From Octopus vulgaris (Eukaryota), in NCBI GenBank assembly GCA_951406725.2, contig OX597822.1, positions 28,892,001 to 28,956,000 on the forward strand: a stretch of 64,000 nt of DNA, read 5' to 3'. Below the pieces are notes generated by a model. The model had not been told where the DNA came from. It saw only the letters and a list, made by a program, of their open reading frames with translations, and did not search any database. Positions 51,649 to 64,000 of this stretch are shown one piece after another. Numbering within the stretch: position 1 is the first letter of the stretch; every line of letters begins with the position of its first letter. Made by a program: the position numbers and the translations under genes.

Positions 51649-52767
51649 TACATATTATACACACATTTTATTTTATCAATAAACAAAGCAGACAAATTTT
51701 CGGAATAACAATTGCCGGTGAGGGATGTGTGTGTGCGTGTGTGTGCATGCGCGCTTGTGTATTTGTGTATATGCTTTTCCTCCACCACTGTTGGTCAATC
51801 GGTGTTGGTTTGTTTACGTCCTCATAATTTAGCAGTTCGGCAAAAACCGATAGAATATGTATGTACCAGGCTTCAGCAAGTAATAACAAAAGTTGATTTG
51901 TTCGGCTAAACCCTTCAAGATAGTGCTACAGCATTGCCATAGGCCAAAAACTGAAACAAGTAAAAGATAAAAGATATACATATATTCATATTTGTATGTG
52001 TGTGAGAGAAGAGAGAGAGAGATTTTCCGGCGTTAAAATGTGTCAGCCTTTAAGAAGCAAATGCGATGTTACATACGAGCTAGTGCAAGGGAGGCTACTC
52101 TAACTGACAAGGGAAGTAACCCATACTTATGTTTATAAAATAAACCGAAAATCTTTTAATAACAATATTCAAAATGTTTTGTTTTTGATGTTTTTGTACT
52201 TAATTTTGCTCGGCGACAGCTTCAGCGTGTTTTCATATATAAAAATGAAGTTCATTCAAAAGCAGTAAGGAGTGTTTATATTATATTATAGCTTTTTCAG
52301 GCTACCTTTTTCTTCTCTAACTAAACATACAACACAGTCTTTGCATCTCTTTTGATATTTCTTTTTCATATGTAAGAAAAAGAACAAAGAACTTGAAAAG
52401 TTGCACTGAGGATTTTATGCCGCTAAAATACACAGTAACAATAACTTTCACTTGTATAAGGTAACTGAGTGTGACGTTCAAGTCTTTAAAAATTGTGATT
52501 TAATTGTTACTGCTTCCATTTTCTGGACAGGGTGACAAGGGAAATAACTCTTAGCAGCCTTTCGTCCGTCTTTACATTCTGCGTTCAAATTCCGCTGAGA
52601 TCAGCTCCACCTTTCATGCTTTTAGGATCGATAAAATAAATATCAGTTGAGCACTGGGGTCGATGTAATTGACTAACTCCTTCCCTTGTACCTTAAATTT
52701 GAAATAAATTTTGTTTACTATCACAGTTTGTGCACAATAGCGTCGAAACAATAAGGAAACCTTCGTG

Positions 52768-53066
52768 GGTACTACTTAAAATGAGTGGTCCCGGTGCGCG
52801 CACTCGCGTACTCGCGCATCTGTACTAGCTAGTCGTGACTAGTCGATACTTATTTTCTTCGTATAAAAAAATTATTTACTTTGTGTTTTTGTGTTTTATT
52901 TACTTTATTTTTTTTTAATTATTTATTTTGTGTAAAAAAATTATTTATTTTGTCTTTTATTTACTTTGCTAGGTAGTCGTTATTGGATCGACTAGTCACG
53001 ACTAGCTAGCGCAGCTGCGCGTGTACGCGAGTGCGCGCACCGGGACCACTCTTCTTAAGTAGTACC
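52768..53066. mobile_element. MITE with GG termini and CpG-rich ~80-bp TIRs
   Basis: GGTACTACTTAA..GTGGTCCCGGTGCGCGCACTCGCG / CGCGAGTGCGCGCACCGGGACCAC..TTAAGTAGTACC; flanks ACCTTCGTG / GCCTTCGTG. Confidence 0.85.
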
Positions 53067-54000
53067 GCCTTCGTGTTAGTGTTTTTTGTTGCTTTTATTA
53101 ATGTAATTTAAAGCGTTAGATAGTCCATTCAGATTCTGAATTGTCGAGAAGTATGAGTTATCCTTGATTTTGAAAGAGATGACGGGTCACAGAATTCTGT
53201 TCAGGAGAGAATCGAAACAACAACGCGCTCAATCATTTTCAAATGAACCACCGTATTTTTCAGGCATACAAGTCCAATTTTTCAAACCAAAATTTACAAC
53301 CAAAAAAAGGAAGATGTATTTAAACACGCAGGCGACTTTGGAGGACTAAATATTACAGCAGGATCTGGAAAGATTATGACGATGATTGAATGTTTACACA
53401 TGTTTAGGCGGAATTCCATATAACCCCCTCGTAACTGTTTTTTTTTTTTATTTTGGGAAATTTTCAGATTCACACACGGATCTCACACGATTATGAATTT
53501 TTTTTTTAACCTTCCACTACCACCACTACCATAAATCCTAAAAGTGTTGCCCTTTTTCAATTTTTTAAAATCATAGTTTAAAATAAGGACAGAATGTTTT
53601 GCTAAAATCCGATCAACAGATCACCCTTGGGTGCATCATGGGATAAAAATACTGAAAGCCATAAATACATATCAAAGTGACAAAGAAACGAGGAAGGTAT
53701 CAGGTGGTCGAGCTATGTGCTAAAAACAACCGCTAAATCACCCTTAAATCACAAGCAATTTTTTTTATCTTGCATAATCGTATGAATTCCCGCGTGTAGA
53801 ACACAAATTCGCAAGAATTTTCTAAAAATTCCAAACACTGAAATTTGTTATGCGGGGTTATATAGGGAACTTAAACCAGAATTAAGTCGATTTCCGTGTC
53901 AGAGAATAAGCATTTATTTCCTAAGTTAAAATTCGAAAAATTAAACTACGTTAAACAAACAAATTACAATTTTCTCAAGAAAGCCAAGAGAAAAAAAATG

Positions 54001-54416
54001 GGCGATCTTTCGTCTCTAGTAGACCTTTCCGTCGATTTCCGTTAAAAAATTTATTTTTTTTTACATATGGGTTTGCGGGAACTTTTGAAGTAATATACAT
54101 ACATATACACATACACCGTGTAAAAAATTTCAGTTATCTCTTTCTTTCACACATTACTCTGTCTCTTCACACATACTAACAGAAGCACTTCACTTACACA
54201 ACATACTGTCTGTCTCTCACACCCCATCAAACACACACACACACACACATGTACATCAATGCGGTAACTTCAAAAGAACTTCCCTCGTCATACAATCGCT
54301 TTCTCTTAGTCTCTTTCGCTCTCATTACTTCAAAAGTTCCCGCAAGCCCATATGTAAAAAAAAAATTTTTTTTTACGGAAATCGACGGAAAGGTCTACTA
54401 GAGACGAAAGATTGCC
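54001..54416. mobile_element. MITE with GG termini (~95-bp TIRs), nested in a decayed GGATC-family MITE
   Basis: GGCGATCTTTCGTCTCTAGTAGACCTTTCC / GGAAAGGTCTACTAGAGACGAAAGATTGCC; flanks AAAAAATG / AAAAACTG. Confidence 0.85.
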
Positions 54417-54558
54417 AAAAACTGTTTTATTTTGACACATTTTTACCAGTATACGAAGTTTTAAAGTGTTTAGTTAACTAGAAATTGTCTGCCGTTCAAA
54501 AGAAAAAGATCCTACGTAACATCCCTTTGAAGTAATCGTTGGTCTTATCGTTTAACAG

Positions 54559-54760
54559 GTCCATCAGCTCTACACCTGGCGGTTCAGTGCGGGGCTTTTG
54601 ATGCTGTTGTGTGCCTCGTTTGCAATTTTGCCCAACTCAATGCAATTGATAATAATGGCTGGACGCCAATTCACTGTGCAGCTTTCTACAACCAGGCGTC
54701 TATTCTTGAAGTGTTCCTGCGACAGGATACGGAATTTACCGAAATCCAAACTCAAGATAA
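54559..54760 (+). CDS. ANKAR: ANKAR coding exon 8 (ankyrin repeats)
   Basis: CAG|GT..TAA|GTAAGG; GPSALHLAVQCGAFDAVVCL..NNGWTPIHCAAFYNQ. Frame missed by the ORF track. Confidence 0.92.
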
Positions 54761-54872
54761 GTAAGGAATTATATGCACATAAATCTTCGCCCATATGTGT
54801 GTGTGTGTGGTGCGTATATGTGTATACAACATGTACATATGTACTCACAAAATGCATATATATATACTTAAA

Positions 54873-54904
<32 letters not shown>

Positions 54905-55949
54905 CATGTGTGTGCGTGTATGTATGTATGTGTAAATATATACACTCATAGATGTATAAACACACACACACATATATATATACATACACACACACACACA
55001 CATATATATACATACACACACACACACACACACTATACATAGATATTCACGGATGTGTGTGCACATATATATCATTGTTATTATGCAAGTGTTGTGAGTC
55101 CAAAACGTTGCTTTTTTAGAAATCGAAAAAGTAGTTCCACCATTTCATTTCTTTTAATATTAGCAACAGCTTCAGCTTAACAATAATACTTTGTTGGGTG
55201 CACAAAATCGTAACTCCATGCATGTATGATATTTTCAGTGAGAAATGTTTTTGCAAAAACTGTCGTATGTGGGGCTCACTACACTTTTGGAAAATGCCAA
55301 ACCATTGTACTACACTTTGACAATTTTCATCTGAAGCAGCTGGAGATACAATACTTTTACCAAAAGAACCGGTTATTGCAAGCAAAATCAAATATTGAAA
55401 AAAAAAATGCATTTGGCCAAATTTGCACATACAACAGTTTAACATAATACCAACGATATGTACATATGCATTTATAGCGTGGTTTGGCGGAGGGCTAGGA
55501 GTCTGTCCGCCCTGGGTGACGCTTTTATAGGAAGGCAATTTTGTGTCTACTGTATAAGTCTGTATAGGTTTGGGGGGCCGCGAGACAGCAAACTCAAAGG
55601 CTGCCCTAGGCGGCACACTCTAGCCACGCTAGAGGGCTTATACCCTTGGTTGTCAGGGTGATCCTGGATCTGATAGAGTCCCTTGATTGAATCTAGATGA
55701 AGATTTTCCTGCATGAGGCAGACTGCATCATAGATGTGCTCACATATTTTGTATAGTACGTATATGTAGTGAATCCTTCGATAAATAGCATAATATAAGG
55801 GATGAGAGCTGCACCCCTCCAGGGTTACAAACCTTTCATCCTGTTACATATACAAATATCACATTTCCCCCTCTCCCTTTCTCCTTACCTTTTTTTGTAA
55901 ACTTCTACATTATTTGTAAACTTACCTTCTAATATACCGCTTGTCTGCT

Positions 55950-56530
55950 GCACTTATGTCAAGGAGATATGTCGAGTAGCTGCGATCATGTGTAGGACGG
56001 ATCCAGCTATCAGCCTAGTCCATCGTGAAGATCGCCCCAGCACCTTATTTTGGTCAGGAAGGGCAGGCAGTTTTCCTCTGTCGGTGGCTATGTCATAAGA
56101 GGTTGTGTAATGGACAAGACTAAAAAGACTAAAAACAAACACTTTCCTTCATCGACTTTTTTAAAACCCCATTGAAAAAGGAAGGTGAGGGTTGAGAGGA
56201 ACGTGTTGTTCCCTGGTAAATTTGTTGAATGGTGGGTAAAAGCGGCGGGAATGGACCGAGTGAGTGAGCCAGCTTTAAGCTGGTGCCTGTAGGCTAAGGA
56301 GTACGGAGAGGAGCACTTGCCATGACACTCTGATGTGTAGGGTGACTCAGTATCTGTGGGTTCTTTGATTGCCTGGGGGGGGGGGGGTGCCCCCCTCACA
56401 TTAGATTCTTTTTGCAAATTTTTGGTTTTATTGTTTACACGTTTCTTTGTAAATTTCCACTGTCCTTTGTCTTTGCTTTGTCCTAAATGTTTTTTAGACC
56501 CTTGTGGCCAATAAAAAATGAATTATTATT
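55950..56530 (+). mobile_element. Probable L1/Tx1-like LINE 3' fragment
   Basis: Decayed ORF end KRKVRVERNVL..FVEWW, 3'UTR with AATAAA and an (ATT)n tail; family assignment from recall only. Confidence 0.4.
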
Positions 56531-56531
56531 A

Positions 56532-57969
56532 TTAGGTTGTCCGGAAAGTCTGAGCGTATTTTTAATATGCAAAAAGGGATATAAATAATTGACCTTTTAA
56601 TAAATTTTATTCAATGAAATAATTTCCATGACTTTTGCCAATCTAGCAGGCAATTTAAATATTCCATCAACATAAAATTTTACTGGTTTTTAAAAAGAGA
56701 ATGTTATCTAGATGCATTTAGACTCCGTCTAAGTCGTTAAATATTTTTCCTTGCAATGAGTTCTGTAGAGACAAAAACAAGTGGTAGTCGGATGGTGCAA
56801 TATCAAGAGAATATGGTGGATGGAGTAAGGGATACCAGCCAAGTTCATGTAACTTTGCTCGGGTAGCCAAAGACACATGTGATCGGGCATTTTCTTGTTG
56901 GAACACTACCCCTTTCCTGGTGGCAATCTCCGGCCTCAATTCTTTGATCTTTTGGTTCAAATTAGCTAGCTGACGACAGTTCACATCTGAATTAATGGTC
57001 TGGTTTTGTGGGAGAAGCTCATAATAAGTAACCATAATAATGCCTTTATGATCCCATCAAACACAAAGCGTAGCTTTTTTGGCATGAATATTCGTCTTTG
57101 GTTGCTGTTTTGGGAGATCCTTCCGCAAACTCCAGGATCTTTTTCGCATTACGTTTTCGTACACAATCCATTTTTCATCTCCAGTCACAAGTTGTTTCAA
57201 AAATGACATGCGTTCATTCCGTTTCATAAGCATCATCATTTCATTTCATTTTCATTTGACTTTGAGTCCATGCTCAGGCCAAGTCGAAGACTCCACCCTC
57301 AGAGTCTGGTGTGGTTGCCAGGTTGTATTCTCTGTTTAATTTTGACATGTGTAGGAGCAAGTTTGAGTCAGTTTGTGCTCGTTGTGTATATCCTGGGAGA
57401 TGGGGTTCATCTCTAATGGTGCTTAAGTATCTATCCAGCTGCAATTTGAATGATTCCACACTGCATCCTGATAGATTTCTGACATGTACCGGAATGGAGT
57501 TGAATAGTTGTGCTCCTCGAACCAACAGACTTGACTCTCGCAGGGTTTTTGCTGCCTGGCCAGCCTTTTTGTTGATTGGTGGTAGCTGGCAGCGTCTTCC
57601 GTGGCGCAGTGAGTGGTAGGTTTTGATACCAAAGTTTGGCACCTTTTGCTCTATCATTTTCCAAATGTATATAATTCGGTATCGCTAAACTTCACAAATG
57701 TTTTTGCAAGTCTTTGCAACATTCTCTCCTTTAAAAAAAAAAAAGAAAGGCATTGCAATGCGAATATGAAATTTTTGGTTATCCATTACAAATGTCAATA
57801 AAGGGTAACCGGAATGAAAGATAAATCTACTTTTAGTCAAGAACAAAGAAGAGATGCACTACTACTTCAAGCAACGCAAAAGTTTTAACCGTGTTACGTT
57901 TCAGGTGTGTTCAATGAAGATTTAAAAGATTTAGCTTAAAAACGCTCAGAACTTTCCGGACAACTTCTA
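56532..57969 (-). mobile_element. Defective mariner element interrupted by a LINE fragment
   Basis: TIRs GTTGTCCGGAAAGT(T)CTGAGCGT at both ends; LVTGDEKWIVY, FQQENARSH, HPPYSLDIAPSDYHLF. Confidence 0.88.
57236..57664 (-). mobile_element. CR1-like LINE 3' fragment with (AAATG)n tail
   Basis: RGAQLFNSIPVHVRNL..ESFKLQLDRYLSTIRDEP; tail at 57236-57258. Confidence 0.65.
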
Positions 57970-58030
57970 TTATTATTATCATCATCATCGTCATTTTCAA
58001 CATCACCATTATATACTTCATATTCAACAG

Positions 58031-58239
58031 CCTAAAGTCTACCCCTCTCTTATTGGCGGCCACTTCTGGATGTCTGCCAACTATCACGACATTACTGAGA
58101 TACAATGCCGATGTTACTGGCTGTAACCTTCGAGGCCACAACGTGATTCACACCGCTGTTATACATGGACACACTCGTATTGTTCAGTACTTCATCCGAT
58201 TGGATATGAAGCTCTTACCCGTCTGGAATATACTTGTAG
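58031..58239 (+). CDS. ANKAR: ANKAR coding exon 9 (ankyrin repeats)
   Basis: CAG|C..GTAG|GTCAGT; STPLLLAATSGCL..GHNVIHTAV..LPVWNILV. Confidence 0.93.
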
Positions 58240-58361
58240 GTCAGTATCAAAGGGAAAGAAAACAAAAATCTTACATTAAAATTTAACAGTTACTGTCATT
58301 AATTGTGTCAACAGCAGCACCTGCACCGGCGGCGGCAGCAGCAGCAGTAGTAGTAGTAGTT

Positions 58362-58392
<31 letters not shown>

Positions 58393-58836
58393 GGATCTTT
58401 TCAGTTTGAATGGCAGTGTTTCTAGCGGTGTCATATGAAATTGTCACCCATAATTATGACCCTAGTATCGATCTATTGCATTTCAATCTGTTTTAGGGCT
58501 AGGGTTAGAGTTAGGGTTAGTTAGGGTTGGTTAGGGTTAGGGGTAGGGGAAGGGTATCTTTTTTTCTTCAGAAATGTAAATAAACCCAATCTGTTTCTTA
58601 AACGAGGGACATTTTCATACGGCACGAAATGTTTTCACCTCAATAGACATCATTGATTGGTTGAAATTGCAGAAATTGAAGAAAACAACAAATATCTTAC
58701 AAGCTATAGGATTTTCTCAATAAAGCCAAGAGAAAAAGATGTTTTATAAACACATTCTACCAGTATATGAAGTTTAAAAGTGTTTAGTTATGTGGAAATT
58801 ATTTTTAAAAAACTGCCATTCAAACCGAAAAGATCC
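58393..58836. mobile_element. GGATC-ended MITE with TTAGGG-like tract, inserted in (TAG)n
   Basis: GGATCTTTTCAGTTTGAATGGCAG / CTGCCATTCAAACCGAAAAGATCC; related to 33978-35044. Confidence 0.8.
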
Positions 58837-58880
<44 letters not shown>

Positions 58881-60216
58881 ATCTTTTATTCTTTTAGTTC
58901 AGTTATTTGACTGCGACCATGCTGGAGCACCGCCTTAAAGGGATTTTAGTCAAAGAAATCAACCCCAGGACTTATTCTTTGTGAGCCTGGTACTTATTCA
59001 AACGGTTTCTTTTGCCGGGTCTAGTCTTTCTCATTCGCAAAATGAGCCCCGCTTAATTTTGCTCAGATTGCTTTCAATACAAATATATGTGAAAGTGAAA
59101 GTGGTAGGACGAAACAACTGCTTCGTTGTTGAGTGACCATAGTTATCTCTCTGTACCTTTTCATTCAGAGACGGCGTTTCGTTTAGCCGGTCAGCCAATC
59201 TGTAAATAATAATAAATACGCCTTTTTAAAGCCTAGCCAGGCTCATGGGCCCAGTTTCCCAGTTTCTATGGCGTATGTGTTCCCCAGTTGGACGGGACGC
59301 CAGTCCATCGCAGCATTACTCATTTTTGCCAGCTGAGTGGACTGGAACAACGTGAAATGAAGTGTTTTGCTCAAGAACACAATGCGTCATCCGGTCCAGG
59401 AATCGAAACCACAATCTTACGATCATGATGCTGACACCCTAACCACTAAGTCACGCGCCTCCACTCTTGTATCTGTAACTATACAAAACTAATTAGAAAG
59501 AGAGACATGTTGCTAAGAACAATAGATATTCTTTGGGGGCACCTGTTATCTCAATTCTAACTTTTCATGGCCTAGAAGAGGTTGGAAGGGTTAAGTAGCA
59601 AAGAAATAAATCGGTTTAGCAAAGCCATGTGTTAAATGTAACTTGCTGTCACTATTGTTTTTCTGTGAGAAAAGTACTGTTGAAATATTATGGGGAATTT
59701 GCCGGTTCAGGTTGGAATCTACTCTATGCCTAAATGAAGTCACTACACTTACTATAACATCCTTTTGTACTATAGGCACAAAGCCTGAAATTTGGTGGGA
59801 GGGGCCTAATCGATTACATTGACCCTAGTGCTCAACTGGTATTTATTTTATCAACCCGAAAGGCAAGCTCAACCTCGGCAGTATTTGAACTCAGAATGTA
59901 AAGGTGGACGAATTGCTGCTCAGGGTTTTGTCCGGGTTGCTAACGACTCAGCCAGCTCGTTGCCTTTTACTGCCTTAATAATAATTATTTTTGATATTTT
60001 GCATAAGGCCAGCAGTTTTGAGGAGAGGAAGCAAGTCGATTACATTGACCCCTAGTATTTAAGTACTTGACCGGTACTTATCAACCCCAAAAGAATGAAA
60101 GGCAAGGTCTCCTACATTTTGTTTACTCATTTATGTTTTTTTTTTTTCGAGTTTGACCGAGGAGAAGAACAGGTATAGTGTTTCTTAAAAATAACATCTT
60201 GCTTTGAATTCTTCAG

Positions 60217-60321
60217 ATATGCTTAAGTTTGAAGACATTCTAGCACAAGAAAGTGCCGTTCGCTGCATGGAGGAACTTATTTTAACAAATTCAGAATGTT
60301 GGATAAACATTTACAATTCAG
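60217..60321 (+). CDS. ANKAR: ANKAR coding exon 10 (start of armadillo repeats)
   Basis: CAG|AT..CAG|GTATTT; DMLKFEDILAQESAVRCMEELIL..CWINIYNS. Confidence 0.88.
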
Positions 60322-61044
60322 GTATTTAATTCCATTTACCTTAATAGGTTTTATTTAAACTAAATGCACAAGGTTCTGTATTAACAACTTTATGAATCAA
60401 TCATTTATGAAGCATTAAAATCATCAAATTCAGATAGGTAAGTCTATTTAGCTAAACAGATTTTACTTAAACTAAATACATGCGCATGATTCTGTAATAA
60501 CAGTTTGTGAGCTAATCATTTCTAAAGCGCGAAAATCACACTAAAATCGCTAAATTCAGATTGGTAAACCCATTTACCTTCTTTTGAAAGTTCTCTAATT
60601 TTTAGCTGTAGGTATGCACAGAAATTTGCATGTGTGCAAATTTTTTCTCCCTTTACAAAGCATCTGTGCATCTATGAGAGTAACCGTCTTCATCCACTCG
60701 GCATCTAATGATATTCGCCATTGACTCAATAAGTTCGTTTGCCGAAATAGTTCGCATCCCCAACGCTGCATCCCAAGATTTCAACATACCCTGGCTTGGG
60801 TGGTCACATGCTATTTAACCCATACTTGGGACGCTTACAGATGCTCCCACTCTGGGTTAGAGTAGACCTGGGAACAATAGTGGCTAACAGGTGATTCCAC
60901 ATTCCTCAAAACCCTGAAAAAATTGAACCAGGGTTTCACTTTTAAATACAAAGATGTATAGTTATCAAGGCATATTTAACATACAGATCATACAATATCT
61001 ATACAAGTAACTGGATAATATATTCTGTTTAATTTTACATCAAG

Positions 61045-61461
61045 GTGGAGTAACAGCTCTGGCAAATCTTTTCGATTCAACAAGCAAAGAAGTGGTGGCA
61101 CTAACCTCGTCCGTACTTTGTAACATGACCGAAAATGTAGAAGTTCAGAAGTTGCTGACAGACATGAATCTTGGTCCAAATCTTGTACATTTGTTGTCGT
61201 CTCCTGTCGGTGACATACAAGCGCGGGTCTCGATCATTATATCAGACCTAGTGTCAAACATCGAATCGAATCAGAAGATATTTGCAAGACAAGGCATCAT
61301 TCCTGCGCTTATCCAACTTCTGGATTCCGATATGGAAGATGTCCTGCTGAACGCAATCAATGCTATACGAGTAATGTGTCTGAGCAGCCCTAGCAACCAA
61401 ACTGAAGTCACCGAGTGTAATGGTGTAGAACCGCTCGTAGACCTTTTGAGTATCAACTCAG
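61045..61461 (+). CDS. ANKAR: ANKAR coding exon 11 (armadillo repeats)
   Basis: AAG|GT..CAG|GTGAGT; GIIPALIQLL, NAINAIRVMC, NGVEPLVDLL. Confidence 0.93.
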
Positions 61462-61554
61462 GTGAGTTTAGTTTATTATATGTAGTTTTTAACATAATCT
61501 ACAAGAAAAGATGGTGGAGAAAATGTAATGTTCATGCTTTTTTCCCGCAGATAT

Positions 61555-62158
61555 TCTTTTCTACTCTAGGCACAAGGCCCGAAATTTTGGTGGAAGGGGC
61601 CAGTCGATTAGATCGACCCCAGTACGCAACTGATACTTAATTTATCGACCCCCGAAAGGATGAAAGGCAAAGTCGACCTCGGCGGAATTTGAACTCAGAA
61701 TGTAACGGCAGACGAAATACCGCTAAGATTTCGCCCGGCGTGCTAATATTTCTTATTTCTTTATTGCCTACACGGGGCTAAAAATAGAGGGGCCAAACAA
61801 GGACAGACAAGGGGATTAAATCAATTACATCGACCCCAGTGCATAACTGGTACTTATTTATCAACCCCGAAAGGATGAAAGGTAAAGTCGACCTCGGCGG
61901 AATTTGAACGTAACGGCAGACGAAATACCTATTTCTTTGCTACCCACAAGGGGCTAAACACAGAGAGGACAAATAAGGACAGACAAACGGATTAAGTCGA
62001 TTACATCGATCCCAGTGCGTAACTGGTACTTATTTAATCGACCCCGAAAGGATGAAAGGCAAAGTCAACTTCGGCGGAATTTGAACTCAGAACGTAACGG
62101 CAGACGAAATACCGCTAAATATTTCGCCCAGCGTGCTAACGTTTCTGCCAGCTCGCCG
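61555..62158 (-). mobile_element. Three stacked Meta-like SINE copies
   Basis: CCCCGAAAGGATGAAAGG(C/T)AAAGTC recurs at ~61650, ~61865 and ~62042. Confidence 0.8.
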
Positions 62159-62411
62159 CATTTTTTTCCCACAGATATTAACAACGGAAATGATGAGGCC
62201 TGAAGTGAAATAGTTACAAATAGCTAAGATGATACGTGGTAATATGAAGTAAATTTGATTGCTATTCATTACAGTTCAAACTGCTGAGTAGAGGCTTTCT
62301 CTTTGACTCACGTTATTGTTTTTGATGTACTTATTGTTTTAGTTTTTTCTTCTTGTTGAACTTATTTTTTAAATTTTATTTTTTTGTTTCTTTTTTCTTC
62401 CATTAATTCAG

Positions 62412-62511
62412 ACAATAATTTCCTTGAATCTGCTGCTGCCGCTACACTAGCAGCAATTTCATTGGGTCATTTTGAGAATCAAAACTTCATAGTTGCGGCC
62501 GGTGCAGCGGA
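62412..62511 (+). CDS. ANKAR: ANKAR coding exon 12
   Basis: CAG|AC..GGA|GTAAGT; FLESAAAATLAAISLGHFENQNFIVAAGA. Confidence 0.88.
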
Positions 62512-62814
62512 GTAAGTAAGCTCAAATATTCTACATTATGTTATTAACAGTCGTTTCTGAACAGCATGTGGGGTGGGGGTGAACCTTGCTTCCCAACCAT
62601 GTTGTTTCAGGTTCAATCCCACTGTGTGACATAGAATCTTCAGCAAGTGTCTTCTACTATAGCCTCAAGACGATCAAAGCTTTGTGAGGCGGGTATTTGG
62701 TAGACGGAAGCTGAAAGAAGCCATTGACATCATTTGATGTTGTAAACGAACGGCATTCATTTCCAGTCATCCGTCAAAACCATGTCTGGCCATGGGAAAA
62801 TATTACCTTGATAT

Positions 62815-63185
62815 GATAATGATGATAATATGATAAAGACAGCATTCACCCGGGCTGGGTTGAGCTGACTTCATTCATCCTCAATGCTGCATCTCTCACA
62901 AACGCCGACCAGGCCTGGCGATTTGAGGCTAACGACCGCGTGATCTCCAACCACTCCTTATTCCAGCGGCGAACGCCATAGATATGGGGGCCTAAGTTGG
63001 GTTCCAGATCAGCCTTGACTGTCATCGGCCAGGGTTTTTCGTTGTCCACCACATCGCTTTCGCCAACCCTGAAGGGGAGCTGGGGCAATTGCTTCGTAGA
63101 TGAATTCTCCTGGTTGACGACGGAGGGCATGACCCAGCCAACGCAGACGTTTTGTTAGGATGACTTGTTGGAGGGAGGTGATTTT
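62815..63185 (-). mobile_element. RTE-type LINE 3' fragment
   Basis: RLRWLGHALRR..WRKRCGGQRK and (frameshifted) TVKADLE..LASNRQAWSAFVRD; (ATC)n-like tail. Confidence 0.75.
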
Positions 63186-63404
63186 GCACTGGTGTCGCAC
63201 CGAATTGTTGGAGACAAAGTGATGCCATCGGACACGGATGATGCGGCGTAGGCAGATATGGGTTGGCAACAGGAAAGGCATCTGGCTGTAGAAGATCTGC
63301 CTGAAATAATTCTTACTGACCAACGCAAACATAGAGAAGTAGAAATTGAAACGATGATTTTGTGAGTGTGTGTGTGTGTGTGTGTTCAAAACATTTACAC
63401 AAAC

Positions 63405-63500
63405 AGGCAGCTCACCCGTGAGGGTACTTGGCTTTTCCAGCAGCTTAGCCTCGCTGTCATCCATGGTAATGCTGCAAGCGTGCTGGCTTGCTTCCATGGG
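63405..63500 (+). mobile_element. Small RLE-type (CRE-like) LINE C-terminal fragment
   Basis: EGTWLFQQLSLAVIHGNAASVL resembles the recalled FLxQRLSxAxQRGNA motif. Confidence 0.45.
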
Positions 63501-63792
63501 TTGCCTTGTGGTGTGCGACTAATTGAAGCATTTGGTGCTGTATTGGTGCTTTTCTTTTTCTCCTTCTCCCTTTTTTTGGTTTCTTTTTCCTTGTTTTTCT
63601 TTTGTTAAATAAATTCCTGTTCATTATTTTGAATAAAAGATAATTGCTGAAAAAAAAAATGAACAATTTCCAGCGGAGAATTTTTTAAAATGGTGGTGGT
63701 GGTAATGTTGTTGCTATTGCTGTTGTTGTTGTTGTTGTTCTGGCTGTACTTTCATTTAATTCACATATTAAATACTCTTTAAAAATTAACAG

Positions 63793-63940
63793 ACCACTGG
63801 TGAATCTTACTCGAAGTCGGAACGTCGTGCTACAAGTGAAAGGAGCCAGAGCAATCGAAGCTCTTGCCGAGAAGAACCCGAATAACCAAAGTGTGTTTCT
63901 TAAACTGGGTGCAGCAGAAGCACTTGCTCAACTTCTTAAG
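63793..63940 (+). CDS. ANKAR: ANKAR coding exon 13; gene continues beyond the window
   Basis: CAG|A..AAG|GTGAAT; PLVNLTRSRNVVLQVKGARAIEALAEKNPNNQSVFL. Confidence 0.9.
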
Positions 63941-64000
63941 GTGAATTTCAATAAACCTGTTTCCCACTTTTCTAGAAATTTTTCATTTTCTTTATATCTT

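Noticed and set aside
54598-54951. 117-aa ORF from the track
   Set aside because: Wrong frame; the ankyrin-coding exon 54559-54760 is in another frame.

Overview
AT-rich, microsatellite- and SINE-dense animal genomic DNA, most likely a coleoid cephalopod such as Octopus (inferred from repeat content, not proven). Two host genes are supported. One is an intronless 639-aa family-B/Methuselah-like GPCR (383-2302, minus strand). The other is the first 13 coding exons (960 codons, all phases consistent) of ANKAR (28614-63940, plus strand, continuing past the window), with a candidate RFX X-box promoter near 22.99 kb and an inferred GC-AG intron. The remainder is transposon debris: tRNA-derived SINEs, Dong/R4, RTE, CR1-like, Tx1-like and Penelope retroelement fragments, Tc1/mariner/maT relics, GG-ended MITEs and Helitrons. 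Four structures stand out: (1) a ~3.5-kb non-autonomous Helitron carrying two abutting tandem arrays, one amplified from a 34-bp piece of a common dispersed repeat; (2) a core-complete type I hammerhead ribozyme motif in a (TA)n-flanked mini-insert, plus several decayed relatives; (3) recurrent inverted copies of nearby DNA anchored at microsatellites; (4) a near-identical inverted SINE pair bracketing ANKAR exons 3-5. All calls were made by eye; no searches or folding programs were run.
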